64,000 bases of DNA, taken from NCBI GenBank assembly GCA_010909165.1, contig VJWM01000025.1, positions 2,542,001 to 2,606,000 on the forward strand, in the 5' to 3' direction. The position numbers and the translations under genes were made by a program. This document shows positions 37,112-50,043 of this stretch, piece after piece. The stretch's first letter is position 1. Each line of letters starts with the position of its first letter. Below the pieces are notes generated by a model. It saw only the letters and a program-made list of their open reading frames with translations. It searched no databases and was not told the DNA's origin. This DNA comes from Anthoceros angustus. Its lineage: Eukaryota; Plantae; Anthocerotophyta.

Positions 37112-38287
37112 ATGGCCTCGCCTTGCTCTCTTGTGCATCGCATCGCATTTCGCAGCTCTCGTTTTGCATCTTGCATTGCTTTGCTCGCCAATGTTGCATC
37201 GTTGCTGATCGACGTCCTCTGTACCGTCCTCTCGTTCCCGGTTGTTGCAGGGGCAGGAGGCGGCATCATCGGCCTCGCCATGGCCAGCCCGGCTCCTGGA
37301 GCCGAAGAAACTCCCGCGCCGGCCGCGGAGAGCGCGCAGACTGCTGCGCGCGGCGCAAGCGGGAGGTACCGGAGGACCAGCGAGCAGGACCTGGACGTCC
37401 CCTTCATGAGCACAAACAAAGCCCCGAGCTGCGTGCAGCTGGGATGCACCTACACGGTAGCCGAAGGGAGGCTGGTGCACTGCCCGAGCTGCCCTCAGGG
37501 GCTCCTGGAGCGGGGAGCGAGCTGGACGTGGCGGGAAGTGAAGGCGCAAATGGAGCTTCCCCGGCGGCCGAGCACCTGTCTCCCCGTAGAGGAATCCCAG
37601 CTCCACATGCGGCTCTTCACCATCCCGCCTCCGTTCAACCGGCTGCACTACCTGGAGGAGGAGGACAATCAGGACATGGCGCAGTGCGCGCAGCTGCTGC
37701 GGCTCATCCAGCTCGGAAAGCACTACCTGAACGGGATTTTCGTGCCGGGGGGGGCTGCGGGGCACGACCGGGCCATGCCGCAATCCTTCCGCTTCTGCGC
37801 CAACTTCGATCACCTGGGGCACGGCAACGCGGCCACCAACTTCCCGGACCCCGGAGAGGACGCGCTCGGTGACGACTACGACGTGTACCCGGATGCTTGG
37901 ATCAATGGGAATGTGATTGTGGACTACTCCGAGTTCGCGCACGAGCTGGAGGATGGGAGTGCCTTGGCGCTGGTTACCATCGCTTCTACTCCCGGGAAGA
38001 TCAACGACCTGGAGCTCGCCACCATGGGAGGTAAGGACGTTGTGTACATGGTGTCCGCTCTGCGTTTCCATTACCAGCCGCCGCCGCCGCGCGCCCAGGC
38101 TGTCGGCTGGTTCTACACCACCGGGAGGCGCTACAACAACCACTTCATGGACCCCGTCTTCGACGACATCCTCTACTACATGCGGGGCAACTACGACGAT
38201 GACTACGACGACGCGCTGCGCGACTCCTGGAGAGAGACGCTCTGGTGGCGCGTTCTTACTCGCTGCACGACTCTCTATCCTTACTGA
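37112..38287 (+). CDS. Intronless GC-rich orphan protein (start may be 37280, MASPAPGA); function unknown
   Basis: 391-codon ORF with strong C/G third-position bias; upstream TATA-like ctatag at ~37016; CxxxxC..CPSC cluster. Confidence 0.65.
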   Translation: MASPCSLVHRIAFRSSRFASCIALLANVASLLIDVLCTVLSFPVVAGAGGGIIGLAMASPAPGAEETPAPAAESAQTAARGASGRYRRTSEQDLDVPFMSTNKAPSCVQLGCTYTVAEGRLVHCPSCPQGLLERGASWTWREVKAQMELPRRPSTCLPVEESQLHMRLFTIPPPFNRLHYLEEEDNQDMAQCAQLLRLIQLGKHYLNGIFVPGGAAGHDRAMPQSFRFCANFDHLGHGNAATNFPDPGEDALGDDYDVYPDAWINGNVIVDYSEFAHELEDGSALALVTIASTPGKINDLELATMGGKDVVYMVSALRFHYQPPPPRAQAVGWFYTTGRRYNNHFMDPVFDDILYYMRGNYDDDYDDALRDSWRETLWWRVLTRCTTLYPY

Positions 38288-38558
38288 TAGAGAGAGGAAG
38301 GACTTTCTGTTGCTTTGCTCTTTTACCCTATCCTTAGAGATGAAGGAAGGACTTCTCATGCTTTGCTTTCTTTACTCGTTAAGATGCAATATGCTTACTG
38401 CGGCTTTTACATAGATAGCTATCTACTTGCCTGCTAGCTGCTACTGCTAGCACTGCTACTACTGCGAAGGACTAGTTTACATTCCAGAGAAGCCCTGTCT
38501 ACACGGCAGGCATCTTGCCTGTGTCTGTGAGTGTTTTTGAGTATTGTGTCCTGCTTGC

Positions 38559-41500
38559 TTACGGCTTCCACAGCTTCATGGTGCTATCACCGCTGTATGT
38601 GACCAACAAGTTTCTATGAGGATGATGTGTCACTCCGATTATGTCCTTCTCGTGTGCCTGCGCGTTCACATTGTAGAGCTTCATGTTATCATCCTGATGT
38701 CATCAAGCCTTTGCACATAAATGCACTGCTGGAGAATCTACAAAATGTTGAACTCACCTTCATCAGATGCTCCAGCTTTCCAGACTGATGACTGAAGCAG
38801 TATATCATCCTGAAAGAACAGAGGCCACATGTTTTAGCCAGGGGACGTAGTCCGGTAAAAGCAAGTTTGTCACAAGATTTACGACATGGCACCTGTCTTC
38901 CCCGATGGAGTAGATCCACTCTCCTTTTGGAGAAACGCATGCGCCAACAAAGTCTCCACCTTCCCGTTTTCCAGACGAGAAACTTTTGACCACCTGAGGA
39001 ACCGAGGACAAGCGCCCGTCAGACTTGTGCACCAATACACAACTTGCCCTAGACTCTTACAGACATTTGTGGGGGCTAGGAGAATTGCAATTGAAAAGAG
39101 GACCTGGCCTTGCATCGTCATCACGTAGATCGATGAGGCTCGGCTGCAAACTACAATCTGATCCATGTTCTTGGGCATTAGGTGTACTGAGTTGACCGTA
39201 GCCTCTCCACCCTGTCAAAAGTCAGACATGCATGCAAATAAATTCCGAGGTCAAGTTGAGTCCACTTTCCCCAACTACAGCGTGAGCTACACAGTGAGAT
39301 GACCATACTCGCAATGGAGGAGGTGGTTTGAAGGTTTGTAGACAATCTTGCCCCTTGACATCCCAAACCTGCAGAGCCAAGCACCAATGTGATCCACACA
39401 CAGCAAGATGCCTGCAAACAAAATGAGACATCCATCTTAGGCCAGTGCTGACCTTCACTGTTCCATCACTAGAAGCTGTGATCACGCGGCTGCCATCGCC
39501 GTTGAAAATGGCATCATTGACATAGGAAGAGTGTCCTCGGAACTCCTTCAACATTTTCCCCGACTTCAGCCCATGAATCCTGCCATTCATTGTAAAGGAT
39601 CAAAAGGGGAACGCCAACACCTGGATATGCTACTTGTCACGAATTTTCTGGACACGCACTAGGGTGTATTTGAGGTCTGCATATGGACAAAACTCACCTT
39701 GCAGCACCATCGAATGATGCACTTAGCACCTGACTGCTGTCCCTTGAAAAGTTCACACTTGTCACACCTTTCGCATGAGCACGCTCAAACCGCCGCAGGC
39801 ACTGCCCAGTCCGTATTCGCCAAACCTACACAGGTAAACGAAACAGTTGCATGCAGGGATAAATACAACTATGTAAGATGAGGATGATACAGCAAACTGA
39901 CAAGATAAGTGCAAAGCAGTACTTTGATTTTCCCATCCTGTGATCCTGAGGCAAGCATCTCAGAATCTCTGCTGAAGTTGACGCAAAGCACTGCATCATC
40001 ATGCATCATAAAAGCATCCTGTGACAACCGACGTCATCTTAATTGTCATCTTCGTGTGCGTATCTGCTGGATAAGACAGCAATTGGAGCTTAAAATCCGA
40101 CTCAGTAGATACGAACATCAGCTTGATACTGGAGATCCTTTTTCAGCTTGCCACTGATGTAGTCCCAGACCTAGAACAAAATAAGATGAAATATTGTCAA
40201 TAGAACAAGGTGAAGAGAAGAAGACAAAACCAAGCACCCATGGATTGCTAGCAATAAAGGAGTGAGACTCTTTCCAATAGGCGTGCATGGATTGGTCATA
40301 TCTAGACACCTCAATGAAGCCATCCACTGAAGCTGATACCAAATACTGCCCATCTGGTGAGAACCTAGCACTTTCAGGATGACTCTGTTTCCCAAACTGC
40401 CAAGGTATATCAATAAACAGTAGTCAGCACGTTGGGCACAGGTGGACAGTATCTGATTGTGCTTTAAATTCACACCGTGCATCCCACAAGTAAAATGTGA
40501 CATACACAACCGCATAACCACCTTAATCGTATGACCAAGAACAGTAGGGTAAATTTCTTCTTCATCAGCTTTGATTGCCGCTGCCCCTTTGAAAAGATCA
40601 AACTGTGTCCCAGGGGGCAGCAGCCCTGGCACAAGGAATCGCACCGCGTAAAAAGACTGGCCACATACGCTGCCCATGTAAGACGTGCCAGTCTTGTCAC
40701 CGCCACAACTGTGAAACATGGGACCCTGAAAAGAGGTCATGCAATGCGACCTACCTTGATGTTGTTGCCACTTCAAGGCCTGGCCAATCAACGCCATCAA
40801 TCTTGACGGTGGAACAACGGTAACTTCCTGAGAAAGGGCTGCAAACCATGCATGACAAGTCAGTGTATGCACAGAACATACAATTATCCTTCAATATGCT
40901 GATAGCGTGATGCAAGAAGTACCCTGTTCACAAAAATCAAACAACCCACTGGCTGCCAACACCACAGAGAGTGCTCACCGTGGGCTATTTGCGCTCTACG
41001 CTTTTCCTTCGAGGAATCTTGATATGCCTAAGCAAACCGCAAGGTCAGTAGGCTTGCATAATCACCTTGTCATTCTTAAAGTTGACTTGCATTATTTTGG
41101 AGGTGTCAATCAGATAACTTCAGGTGAAACCTAACCCAAGCAGACTCCACAACCTGAAGCCAATATGTCAACAGCAATTTAGGCAGCCTACAGAAGGGTC
41201 ACCTCACGGGGATCGAAGTATGTCCTCGCTAGAAGATGTTCGAGCCGCAGGTAACGCTCAGGTTGCTCCTGCTTCATGAAGCCCATTGCCTGAGTCTGTC
41301 GTAAAATTGCCCTGGCAGTGTCGAGCTCCCGAAGCTCTATCATCTCCAGCACAATCTACCAGGCGATTCAGACAGAAGTTTCTCTTCAGACTCGCTTCAA
41401 GCAATGATTTCGTCAAAGCAGAAACCTTCCCAGCGACCTGACAAGCTATCAATCCCATTTTAGATCCTCAACCTGCTCATACAGATCCTCCAGCTTCTTT

Positions 41501-41836
41501 CTGGGCAATTTGAGCTGCGCGACTTGCGGGAGAACCGCATCCCACCGACCATTATTGATGTCGGCAACAAACGTCTCAAGACTGTCCACAGTATTCAGAG
41601 ACACTTGACACTCATTCTGCAAAGTCTGAAAAGTCTGGTGCAAAGAATTCTCCTTGAAAAACTGCAGCATAATCTTCACCACACTGCACTTGCCATGAGA
41701 CAGCCCACAGATTCGCGTTATCAGAGCTCTGATCTGCCAGTTTCTTCATCAGAACCTACAATGCCGAATGAGCTCCTCGGCCCCCGGAATTTAGCGATTG
41801 AGCTTACTCTCGGGCTTCGATTTCCAGCGTGGACAT
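38559..41836 (-). CDS. SMU1: SMU1 (LisH/CTLH + WD40 spliceosomal protein), multi-exon
   Basis: MSTLEIEAR|[27 protein letters not shown]; [25 protein letters not shown]; [21 protein letters not shown]; [13 protein letters not shown]; TMKLWKP*; GT-AG introns. Confidence 0.97.
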
Positions 41837-42198
41837 GGCCACTGCGTTGCAAAACGTGAGAGTGACTTCCCAACCGTGGAACAAATCACGCCTTAGGATC
41901 CTGATTCCTGCGCTCCACTTCGCCTCGCCCGTTTCTCGTTTTTTTCACTCCGCACCGAAAACCCTCGAAGTTCAAACCCTACTGTAACCCGGAGACCCAC
42001 AGGCGTTTAAACCCTTTCCGTTATCGCACGAACACGGAACGGTGAACGGTCATATTTTCGGGACACCATTGCTGCAGCTTGAAGCAATCCAAACCAGCAC
42101 AAGCGCCGTCAAATCTGGGCAGCAGCAATCTTCCTCTTCCTCGCTCTGTTGGCCATTTTTTCGATTCACCAAGGGGGAAGTCTGGGAGAAATGAGCTG

Positions 42199-43517
42199 AT
42201 GGAGGAGCCGGAGCAGGCCGGTGTGCCGCTGGAGGAGGAGGACCACCAGAATGGATTCTTCGCATGTTATTTGCTTTGTTCTGAGAATCCTCGCAGCAAG
42301 GGTCGCACCTACATCGGGTATGCTGGGAGCTGCGGGGAATGGTAATTCGCTTACCTTTTTGACCGTAATTCTGACAGCAGGTGTCTGTTGTGGAACAGAT
42401 TCACAGTAAATCCGCGCAGGCGTCTGAGGCAGCACAACGGTCAGGTCAAACAGGGAGCATGGCTGACAAAGAAGAACCGGCCCTGGAACATGATTCTTTG
42501 CGTGCACGGTTTCCACACACAGGTGGATGCATTACAGGTGAGTGTCTCGACTTGGACCATGTTGTAGTCGTGAGTGTCTGAGCACACTCTCGATGTTGAT
42601 CCACCGCTCTGTTCTGTTGTGTTCTGGTGCACAGTTTGAATGGGCATGGCAGCATCCCCTCAAGTCTCTGGCGGTGAGGGAGGCCGCTGCCAAGATACAG
42701 ATGCGGGGAATCCGTGGCAAGGTCCTTCTGCTTTTCACCATGCTCACATGTCGGAAATGGCAGAGGTAGGCAATGTTGCAGGCTTTCTTCTCGTTTTGGT
42801 GCTTGCATAAGTCCGTGTTTAAGGCTGAGCAAGCTTCCTGTGCCTTGGCACAAGTGCAGCATGCACCTGAACGTGCAGTTCTTCTCCACCAAGTACGCGC
42901 ATCTCCGAAACGGCTGCCCTCCTCTCGCACGCCAGATGCGAGTTTCTGTTGCCCCCATGGATGATCTCCCCTGTTACGGCAGTGCAGCACCGGAGTCAGA
43001 TGAAATGGAGGTCTCAGCAGAGGAGGAGGAGGAGGAGGAGGAGGATGCAGCCAAGGAGCAAAGCCCTGCTCCGGAGTCACCACCGACACCGACAGTCCAG
43101 GCAGCAGAGCCCTTGGGCATGTCCTCCCCGGAAATGATGCCATCGGAGCAATCATCTTTGGTGCCCTGCGGTACCCGGACTCTTCAATGCAGCAGCCCTT
43201 GGTTGAGGAGACATTGCTCTGCTCCAGATTCACCAGCAGCAGACCCCGAAACCTTACCCTGCCAGAAGCTGCCTCTGCAGGAATCAAACTGGATGGCTCC
43301 CACCGACAGGATCCATTGCAACAACTCATGGCAACCCAGGCAACGAAGGAAAGTGCGCAAGGAGCCAGCATTTTTCTGCCCTCCGAGTAGTTCTGAGGTG
43401 ATTGTCATTGATGCTTCCCCTTTGCCAGCCCGCAGTGACAGGGAGGTGATCTACATCGAGGCCTCTCCCCTTCCCGTGTGTAGGGAAGTAATAGTCATCG
43501 AGGACTCACCTTTGTAG
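42199..43517 (+). CDS. SLX1: SLX1-like GIY-YIG structure-specific endonuclease, 4 exons
   Basis: [16 protein letters not shown]|[35 protein letters not shown]|FEWAWQHP. Confidence 0.93.
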
Positions 43518-44230
43518 CGTGCCTGGCGTGCTTTTATGTGAGCTCTGACAACAAACAGTGTGTTAGGAAGAGGGGAGTGGCATTCGTGTGGCCTCCTGCG
43601 GGGAGCATGAGTTCCTCTAGCTGGGCAGACGACAATTCTCAGCGGCTGGGGCCACAATTCGTCTGAGAGCAAGCCTGAACCTTCAGTAGTCCCCCAGCCA
43701 CTGCGCAACCGCACTAGATAGCTTCCAACAGTAGACTTAGACAAGCCTCTAACATTATTCAGCAGACATGTAGATATCGTGGTCCTCATGGTAGACCTCT
43801 GACAATGCCTCCGTCACCTGTCTTCATCATCCAACGACCGCCAAATGCAAAAACTTTTGTCTTGGCCCGAATGCATGATGAAAGACGTTTCGAGCATTCG
43901 GTGAGCGAAAACGTTCTACAACCTAGTAGTGCATAGCTGCGAAATACAGCGGGATTTAATCGCCAATTTTTGTACGTAAGTAGTATTAGCATCAGGAATT
44001 GCTCCCAAACTCAAGGCAACTTCAAAGAGCCATGACCTGTTCGGGCGCGCTGCTCGGATGGCGCTAGGCGGCGAGCAGTTGCAGGAGCAATACAAGTTGT
44101 CAATTCGGCCATGTCTAACTCCAGACAAATGCTGCCGTGCTCAACCGTGAGTTCGGATCTCAGAGAGTACATTTGCGACTCATGAGCGTCATACCACTAT
44201 TTTCACTCAGTTATTTAAAATTTCTCCAAA

Positions 44231-44995
44231 CCCATGCAAAAGTTCAGTGTCTTTAAACACACAAACTCGGAGCCTATGGTCAACTTTCTTACCCAAAGAG
44301 TTCAACACAAAAACTCGGAGCCCATGGTCAACTTTCTCAATTAAAAGTTCCTTTTAAAAGTTCCTTGAAGCCCATGGTCCATCTTTCTCACCCATGCATT
44401 TGAAAAGTCCTTGAAGCCCATAGTCAATCACAAAAACAAAGTTCCTTGAAGCCCATGGCAACCACAAAGGGGCATATAAAAGGTCCTTGAAACCCATGGG
44501 CAACCACAAAAACTCAAAGTTTAGTATCTTTAAACACAAAAACTCGAAGCCCTTGCTCAACTTTCTCAACCCATGGTCAACTTTGTCACCGAGTCATTTA
44601 AAAGTTCCTTGAAACCCATGGTCATTTTTCTCACCGAGACATTTAAAAGGTCCTTGAAGCCCATGGTCAACTTTTTCACCAAGTAATTTAAAAGTTCCTT
44701 GAAACCCATGATCAAATTTTTTACTTAGTCACTTGAAAGTTCAGCGTCTTTAAACACAAAAACTCAAAGCCCATGGTCAACTTTTTCACTAAGTTACTTA
44801 AAAGTTCAATGTCTTTAAACACAAAAAAATTGAAGCTCATGGTCAACTTTCTCGCAGAGTGATTTTGAAGCCCATAGTCAACTTTCTCGCAGAGTGATTT
44901 TGAATGCCCATAGTCAACTTTTTCATGAGTCACTTAATAGTTCAGAGTCTTCAAACACAAAAACTCGAGACTCGAAGCCCATGGTCAACTTTCAC
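44231..44995. repeat. Degenerate ~45-70-bp tandem array (core agcccatggtcaactttctc...aaaagttccttga)
   Basis: More than a dozen ccatggtca/ccatagtca cores; resembles a transposon subterminal repeat or small satellite. Confidence 0.85.
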
Positions 44996-45670
44996 GAAAT
45001 CATTCATGCATCATACATCAAACTGGAACCTAAATTAGACTATCATAAAATTAAAACAAGGCCACATAAATAAATTATTAAACAGAAAAATCCTAAAATA
45101 AACTATCATAAAGTTATAACAAGACCACATAAATAAATTATTGCATGAAACAGGCTTAAAGATAAATTATCACAAATGTGTAACAAGACCACATGGTGGG
45201 GGCTAGTCCTCCTGGCATGGTGCCTTCTTTGTTTTCGGGGTGGATGGGTTTTTCCCATCTCTTTGTCATAATAAAGTCTTCTTTTCTCTAACAAGACCAC
45301 AGAAACAAAAACTATTATTGCACACAACAAGAGCAGGTTTGGTTGGGAGACTATGCACTTTGTGAAAGTATAACAAAGAGCTCTTAAGGGTTGTAGCAAG
45401 GCTTAAAAACGATGCTATGGTATAGTGTACCAAGCGCGGACACCGACGGACCTACATTTTTTCCCTTTTTCTTCCGTACGTGTAGAGAAGAAAAATAGCG
45501 AACACTGACAGACCAACATTTTTTGTCCTTTTTCTTCTCTACGGGTAGAGAAGAAAAAGAAAAAGAAATGGCACACCCGAAGATTGTGCAAGGCTGCAAG
45601 CCCAAAGGCCCAGCCGAGCTGGGCCTTTGGGGGCGTACTCATGATTAGGAAAGCGTAGAATGTACTAGGT

Positions 45671-45835
45671 GAGGGGCTTCTCAAATAAGGAGGTGCAGAT
45701 GAAGGCATCCAGGTTGAGGGAAAGTCGAGAGGGGCTTCTCAAATAAGGAGGTGCAGATGGAGGCATCCAGGTTGAGGGAAAGGCGAGAGGGGCTTCTCAA
45801 ATAAGGGGGTGCAGATGAAGGCATCCAGGTTGGGG
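45671..45835. repeat. 58-bp tandem repeat, ~2.8 copies
   Basis: gaggggcttctcaaataagg.ggtgcagatg.aggcatccaggttg at 45671, 45729 and 45787. Confidence 0.92.
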
Positions 45836-46338
45836 GAGAACGTGAACTGAGAGCTGTCGACCAAGACCTAAGCATCCTCATGAGGCTCATACCTTATCTG
45901 GCTCATACAAGTTCTTGCTACAATCTTCGCTGGAAGGTTGGAGGATGGAGTTTGTTCAGTCGTAAGCCCGGACGAGGCTGGAAAGCTCTGAGCATGAGAG
46001 GAAAAGCGGCGATCAGGACAAAATAATTTGGTAGCGGGCAACCGCTCATCGACATGAAGTAGAATAGCCGTGTGAGTGAATGTGTTGGAATTGTTAGCGG
46101 AATGCAGTGAAGGCGGTATTGGGTTTTCTTCGAAAAGAAGCAAGGAGCAAGGAGGAGGGGGAGGGAAATTTGTGAAGACAGATGTATGTATGTAGGCTTG
46201 ACGGGGCTTTACAATTGAGCTTGGGCTTGGGCTTGGGCTTGGGCTTGCCTTGCCTTGCCTGTTGCCCGGCCTTGCCTTGCCTTGCCTCCATCTCAACTCT
46301 TGCTAAAACTCTTTTGGTGTGAGGATGTTGCGGACAGA

Positions 46339-47565
46339 TCATGCATGAAGCACCTGCGAGCTGGATGGGTTGAAATCCGCAAAGAGCTTGGGGGCGTGGA
46401 TGACTTCCCAGTCCACCTCGAAGACGCTTCCTCGGCTGCTGCCGGCATGGGCTGCATCCAGCAGCGTGCGCTTGACATGACCCACCAGGACATGGAGGCT
46501 GAATGCAACCACGAAGAGCTTGCCGTTCATGGAGTTGACAGAAAAGGGGCGGCTCATGGGCGCAGGCAGAGGCGGACCCACAACGTTCTTCCAGGAATCG
46601 CTCTCCTCCTCATAAACCTTGAGCTTGAAATGCTCCTCGTGGTCCGTGATAATGTAGAGATGGCCGTCCAGGACGACGCTGAGGCCGGTCCAGCCTTCCC
46701 GCATTCCCATCGTCATCCCCTCCCACCGGTTGAGCTTGGGATCGTAGACCTGGCCCCGGGGCGGGGAGAGGAAGGGCCAGGACCAGCCCTCCGTGAGATG
46801 CAGCTTCCCCTTGAGCACCGCGGCATCGAAGCGCGCCATGTTGGCCCCCATGTTGGCCACGGGCCGCCACTCGTCCTCCACGGGGTCGTAGACCTCGGCC
46901 GAGCTCAGGCTGCAGTCGGTGCTGTTCCCGCCTGCCGCGTACACCCGCCCCTCGATCGTCCCGCTGGCAAAGAAGGATCTGGGAGTGGACATGGCGGAAA
47001 CGGAGCTCCACCGGTTCCGGCAGAGCTCGTATTTCAGCACGCTGTCCATGGGGCAATCCATGTCCGACCGCATTCCCCCGCACACCAGGAGCACGCCCTG
47101 CTCCGGGACCGAGGCGCACCCGAAGCCCGCCGGGCAAACCCTCTCCGTGCACGGCATGGTCGGGATCACATGCCAGGATTGCATGCGCGGGTCCAGGGCC
47201 TGCCATTGAATCCTCCCCGTGCTCTTGTGGAAGGCGAAGACGAGCAGCCACTGCTCCGCCAGGCCCTGCGCCCGCCGGGCCAGGAAGTACTCCGGCCGGG
47301 ACAGAGCCCAATTCCACGCCCGGCAGACTCCCCTGGCCGCTGCCCGGCATCCCAGCGGCACCCGCAGCAGGCAGCAGAGGGCCAGGTCGTCCGGCAGCCC
47401 TGGTATCAGCGGTTCCGAGGAGCACCCAACATCGGGAGGAGCATCACCAGCGGCAGGGTGTTGCTCCTCTGCTGCTATCATGGAGGCAGGCCTGTCTACC
47501 GCGGAAGGAGTGCTCAGGACAAGGCAGAGGAGGGAAAGAGAGGAGGAAGATGGGAACAGGGACAT
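46339..47565 (-). CDS. F-box/kelch-repeat protein (At1g30090-like); N-terminus uncertain
   Basis: PLIPGLPDDLALCCLLRVP F-box; kelch repeats VCGGMRSDMDCP, RSFFASGTIEGRVYAAGG, TEGWSWPFLSPPRGQVYDP, MREGWTG. Confidence 0.95.
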   Translation of the reverse strand: MSLFPSSSSLSLLCLVLSTPSAVDRPASMIAAEEQHPAAGDAPPDVGCSSEPLIPGLPDDLALCCLLRVPLGCRAAARGVCRAWNWALSRPEYFLARRAQGLAEQWLLVFAFHKSTGRIQWQALDPRMQSWHVIPTMPCTERVCPAGFGCASVPEQGVLLVCGGMRSDMDCPMDSVLKYELCRNRWSSVSAMSTPRSFFASGTIEGRVYAAGGNSTDCSLSSAEVYDPVEDEWRPVANMGANMARFDAAVLKGKLHLTEGWSWPFLSPPRGQVYDPKLNRWEGMTMGMREGWTGLSVVLDGHLYIITDHEEHFKLKVYEEESDSWKNVVGPPLPAPMSRPFSVNSMNGKLFVVAFSLHVLVGHVKRTLLDAAHAGSSRGSVFEVDWEVIHAPKLFADFNPSSSQVLHA

Positions 47566-50043
47566 CTACAGACTGCAGTCCCTGCACGGCGAGACAACCC
47601 ACATTCTCATTCTCCCTCTGTCTGCTGCTGGGTTCAGTTCAGAGACGGAAGAGGCGCACGCTGGGAGCATGCCAGAGGGGGAATCCGACCATGCCGCAAC
47701 AACCCAAGGGAATAGGGACTGAAGGGGAGGAACCCACAACATAGGAAGGAGACGCACAAAAAAAGAAGCAGAAGCAGAGAAGGAAAAGGGTGGCCAACGG
47801 ACTGGCACGGAGATTGTATGGGGCAACAGGAGAGGGGACCGAGCCTGCATATAGCTAGCCTTCCTTTCACTCTTTTCTTTCTCTCTCTGCCCTTGGCTTG
47901 CCTTCCCTTCCTTCTAGTAGTCCGCGCTTCTCTGCACTCCTGGTGAGCTTGCCTCTGGCTGCAGTGGGAGCAGGAGTGGGCCTCTCTCAAGCTTGGAGTC
48001 TGGAGTCCTCTGCACTCCGGAGCAAGAATGCGTGTCCGTCTTCTGTCTTCTGGATGTGTGTGAGAGAGAGAGCATGGCGAAACCGAAGATGGCGGGGTGG
48101 TGGGGAGCTGAGAGCTAGGGCAGTGGGGATCCGTTGTGCAGTTCCATCCAGCCTTCATCAGCCCAATTTGGGTGCTTTGTTTTTGTCGGCGCCCACCCTG
48201 TCGCCAAGATGTATCCATGTTATCTACCACATGTGTCCAGTTCGGGACCGCCATGGCCCTTGGGCCGTGCCCTGTTTCGAGCCACAAATCCTCCAACAGT
48301 CCCAACTGTTTAGGGCCCCACCCCAAGTTGCGTTGGCCTTGAGATGGCAGGCTCGTCCAGCCCAGACAAAGCAAGCACCCAAACACGTTCTTTCGATTCA
48401 CCGGGCCCCATAGCCCATGGGCCATGGCTGGCCACCTCCGCATCACCATCCAAGGGAAGTGGGCATGCTCCCCTGATGTCCATATGCGTGTTTATGCACA
48501 AACAATGCACAAATACAGACAGATGTATGTCGTTTTAGTTCCCTGACCAGCAACTGCATTGCAAGGTACCCGTGTGGGAGAGAGATGTACTCCACACTTT
48601 GACTTCTTCCATTACCTAGGCAGGGCAGCAACCAGAGCTACCGCGTCAGGGGAAGGAAGGGCAAAGCACAGCTTGTCGATGATGAGGGAGGGTGTCGTGG
48701 TACTGCTACCACGTACCTGCTGCTGCTGTGCTGCACAAAGAGTGCAACCCACAACACGCCGTGTCAATCATCGTCAAGCATAATCCAACAGCAGCAGCAA
48801 CAACACAGCACAGCACAGCAAACAGCACACCGAACAAAACAACACAAGCAGGCGGTTAATCCCAATCATGCCCAGAAGGAGGTACCGATTCCCGCTCCAA
48901 TTGGACACGTGAACTTCAATCTACCTCGGGATTGAGGAGGGTGACGAGTACATATCACATACATATAAGGTGGTGGCGTGGGACCCCTTCCGACTCATCC
49001 ACAGCACCAGCAACAATCCATAGATTCTACACCCCGAGGCAACAATTGCAACAATGGCAAGGAGGCCAAGCATGATCCCTCATTTATCCCACATTGCCCA
49101 AGTCCTGAGGATGGATCACGGAACCGCCCATAGACCACCACCCCACCACGTGCTACACCACACACAGTTCCATGGCAGCGGCATCCCATGTTAGTGTGGG
49201 TGGGCGGTATAGTACATCCATGCGTGGGGAGGGAGGGACAATAAAAGAAGTCGTATTGTACATAAGCAGAATTGTCAGCACCCGATCTGGTTAGGAGTCA
49301 CCAGCCGGCAGGTGGCGTTGGAATGTGAGCAGTCGCGGCAAGCGAGGCGAGGATCCGGATGGCGACGTCGACGGCCTGCAAGCCACCGGATGCCCCATGC
49401 CCGGGCCCCGGACCCCGAGTCCCAGGCAAATTCCAGTACAAACCCTACTCGGGAGTCGGGAATTCGCAGTATCTGTAGAATCAGAGCTGCGTGCCCGGAT
49501 GTCAGCCAAGGGAGGAGTCTAGTCTGCATCGAGCTGCTGACATGCAGCAAGGACTGCGCATGCATCGCCCACTTCCGCATTCATGCGCCCAAGGCAGCTG
49601 CACCTCCATGAATGCATGAATGCAGTGCAGGGTGCCCGTACCTGGGCCTGCAGGCCCTGCAAGCCGAGGTGCAGGTGCAGCGGCCGGCTTGCATCTCGCA
49701 TGCTTCAAATCCGCCAATTCAAGGCTAATCATTCTGCTGTCTGCGTCTCTTTTCTTTACTTCACACAGATCATGTACGAACACATGCATCAAAGTCAGCT
49801 TCCACAACAACATGGCCACTTTCGTTGCTCACACACACGATACGAGCAGCAGCAGCGGCAGGTTCCAGATTTCCAGATTTCCAGATTTCTTCTCACCAGT
49901 CAAGGACTTGCCACTTGCCTCTCCGACCGACATCTTGGATATGCTACAGTGGATGGGATAGATAATATGGGCCACCTGGTGGCAAGGAATGGGAAGGGAG
50001 AAACAAGTACAAGAGCGAGCCTTCAGTAGTTGTCACAACAACA

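Noticed and set aside
37016-38359. 447-aa antisense ORF over the orphan gene
   Set aside because: Its Val/Arg-rich composition is the expected mirror of a high-GC3 sense gene; no independent support.
46255-47715. 486-aa + strand ORF
   Set aside because: Antisense shadow of the GC-rich F-box/kelch exon.
48450-50030. Many short overlapping ORFs
   Set aside because: GC-rich intergenic/promoter sequence of the F-box gene; no domains recognised.
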